32,000 nucleotides of DNA, from the NCBI RefSeq assembly GCF_001457595.1, contig NZ_LN831039.1, forward strand, positions 2,460,001 to 2,492,000. The letters are read 5' to 3'. The notes under the pieces are model-generated. The model saw nothing but the letters and a program-made list of their open reading frames with translations, did no database searches and was not told where the DNA came from. The DNA is from Mycolicibacterium smegmatis (GTDB taxonomy: Bacteria; Actinomycetota; Actinomycetes; Mycobacteriales; Mycobacteriaceae). Each line of letters begins with the position of its first letter. The stretch's first letter is position 1. Below, one piece after another: positions 30,687 through 32,000 of this stretch. The translations under genes were made by a program, and so were the position numbers.

Positions 30687-31703
30687 TTATGGGCCCTGTC
30701 CGGTGGTGCGGCGGTGATCTCGCTGGTGATGCCGAATCTGATACCGCCGCTCCGCGTACACCAGGTCGTCACGCCACAAGCGGTTCGCGGCATGCCGCAT
30801 CAGCGGCGTGATCAAGGCCGCGGCGCGTCGAGCGTGACGGAAACCGGCCCGATCCGATTGCGCGACGACGGCTTCCACCACGGCGGTGCGGGGGCGTCCG
30901 TCTGTGCCGGGTCCGAGCGGCGTGGCGTGCGTCTCGACGATGCTCCCGGCGCCTTCGCCGTCGACGATCCGCATCACGATGGTGCGGGCACTCGGACACG
31001 TGAACTCGGCGACCACCGGCACACCCAGCCGACCGAGGCGGAACGTCACCGACAGCAGGAACCGGTCGTCCTCCTCGGTCGGGGTGCTCAGCACCTCCAG
31101 GCGGGTGAACGAGTACGGGTGGAACCAGTTGCCGTGCCACGGGTCGAGTCGGTTGGCGATGATGTCACTCGGTTCGCACACACCCACCAGACGGGTGAGG
31201 GCATGCAACGTCTCGCCCGCCGGACGGGTCGGCACCACCGGGACAGTCAGGGGGTCCTCTCCGCCGAGTTCGTCGAGGCGCACCCACGCCAGCACGCCGT
31301 CGTCGTGGCTCGGCAACGGTGCCCAACCGAATTCGCAGGTTTTCCCGGTGAGCGGCAGGCCGTGCCACCGGCAGATCAGCGAACCGTCGTCGACCACCCC
31401 GGTGGCCAGATCGGCACCCAGGTGCGGACAGCTGCGCGGCCCCACCCGCAGGTGGCCTTGCCGGTCGCGCCACGCGACGACCTCGATCCCGCCGATCGTC
31501 GTGCCGAAGGGGCGGTCGGCGCGGATCTCGCGGTTGGCGCCGAGCACGTACCAGTTGCCCGTCGGGCGACGTTGCGAGCGGCGCAGGGCCGCCTCGATGA
31601 TCGCGGGTTTGGCCTCGCCGTAGGTGGGCCGTTGCTCGGACCAGCGCGGTGATGAAATGAGTTGCAACGGCCAGTCCTTGGGCCACCGATCACCGATCTT
31701 CAA
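30687..31703 (-). CDS. Rieske [2Fe-2S] protein with an additional C-terminal domain (DUF5914-like)
   Basis: Rieske ligands CPHLGADLATG...CRWHGLPL. Start inferred at TTG 31703, with GGAGG upstream and TTGA overlap with the CrtU-like stop. ATG 31736 is an in-frame alternative. Confidence 0.85.
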   Translation of the reverse strand: MKIGDRWPKDWPLQLISSPRWSEQRPTYGEAKPAIIEAALRRSQRRPTGNWYVLGANREIRADRPFGTTIGGIEVVAWRDRQGHLRVGPRSCPHLGADLATGVVDDGSLICRWHGLPLTGKTCEFGWAPLPSHDDGVLAWVRLDELGGEDPLTVPVVPTRPAGETLHALTRLVGVCEPSDIIANRLDPWHGNWFHPYSFTRLEVLSTPTEEDDRFLLSVTFRLGRLGVPVVAEFTCPSARTIVMRIVDGEGAGSIVETHATPLGPGTDGRPRTAVVEAVVAQSDRAGFRHARRAAALITPLMRHAANRLWRDDLVYAERRYQIRHHQRDHRRTTGQGP

Positions 31704-32000
31704 CTCGCCCTCCGCTCTTCGCGCGTGGCCAGCCATCTCAGCGGCGCGAACCGGCCTGCGGTCGGGACGGACCTCAGCGCGTGGCCGGCCACACCCCACC
31801 GGTTGAGCAGCACGTTGGCCGCGGCCCAGCCGGTGGTGGCCGCGCGTTCCATCAGCGCCGCGGGCAGATCGAGGCGGATGCCGTCGCCAGCGAGAACGAG
31901 CCCCGGTACGCCCGTGACGACGCCAGGACGGTCGGCATGGGAGCCCGGTGCGAACAGCGGGCAGTCGTCGCGCACCAGGACACGTTCGAAAACCGGTTCG
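31700..32000 (-). CDS. CrtU-like FAD-dependent carotenoid desaturase, C-terminal fragment
   Basis: Open to the window edge: EPVFERVLVRDDCPLFAPGSHADRPGVVTGVPGLVLAGDGIRLDLPAALMERAATTGWAAANVLLNRWGVAGHALRSVPTAGRFAPLRWLATREERRAS. Resembles the C-terminus of beta-carotene desaturase/methyltransferase (CrtU) and related FAD enzymes. Confidence 0.65.
   Translation of the reverse strand, partial: EPVFERVLVRDDCPLFAPGSHADRPGVVTGVPGLVLAGDGIRLDLPAALMERAATTGWAAANVLLNRWGVAGHALRSVPTAGRFAPLRWLATREERRAS

Overview
This is a chromosomal, high-GC mycobacterial window. The CtaD protein and gene order closely match what I remember of Mycobacterium smegmatis, but no database was searched. Most of it is collinear, from memory, with the M. 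tuberculosis Rv3050c to Rv3033 block: TetR regulator, flavin monooxygenase, nrdF2, adhC, fecB, ctaD, serB2, ABC ATPase, NUDIX protein, echA17-type enoyl-CoA hydratase, two SAM methyltransferases, RsiV/DUF3298-type secreted protein, PQQ-like lipoprotein, hexapeptide acyltransferase and a secreted protein. The backbone is interrupted by accessory islets: (i) esterase, GT39-like membrane glycosyltransferase and NtaA/SnaA/DszA-type flavin monooxygenase; (ii) a small cysteine-containing exported protein plus a divergent MocR-type regulator and YczE/YitT-type membrane protein; (iii) an AGCS amino-acid:Na+ symporter; (iv) at the right edge, a probable carotenoid locus border with type 2 IPP isomerase, MGT-like glycosyltransferase, DUF2784-like membrane protein, Rieske protein and CrtU-like FAD enzyme. 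I see no CRISPR array, transposon, phage, rRNA or tRNA. The best second-look items are a hidden 48-aa sORF with a GTGA overlap to the yczE-like gene, inverted and helically phased repeats around the MocR promoter, an 8-codon leader peptide with a GTGA overlap to idi, the glycosyltransferase/Rieske/DUF2784/CrtU arrangement, a perfect 11-bp inverted repeat 2 nt upstream of the Rv3034c-like ATG, and two NrdR-box-like sites 32 bp apart upstream of nrdF2. Nothing here is clearly a wholly new system.
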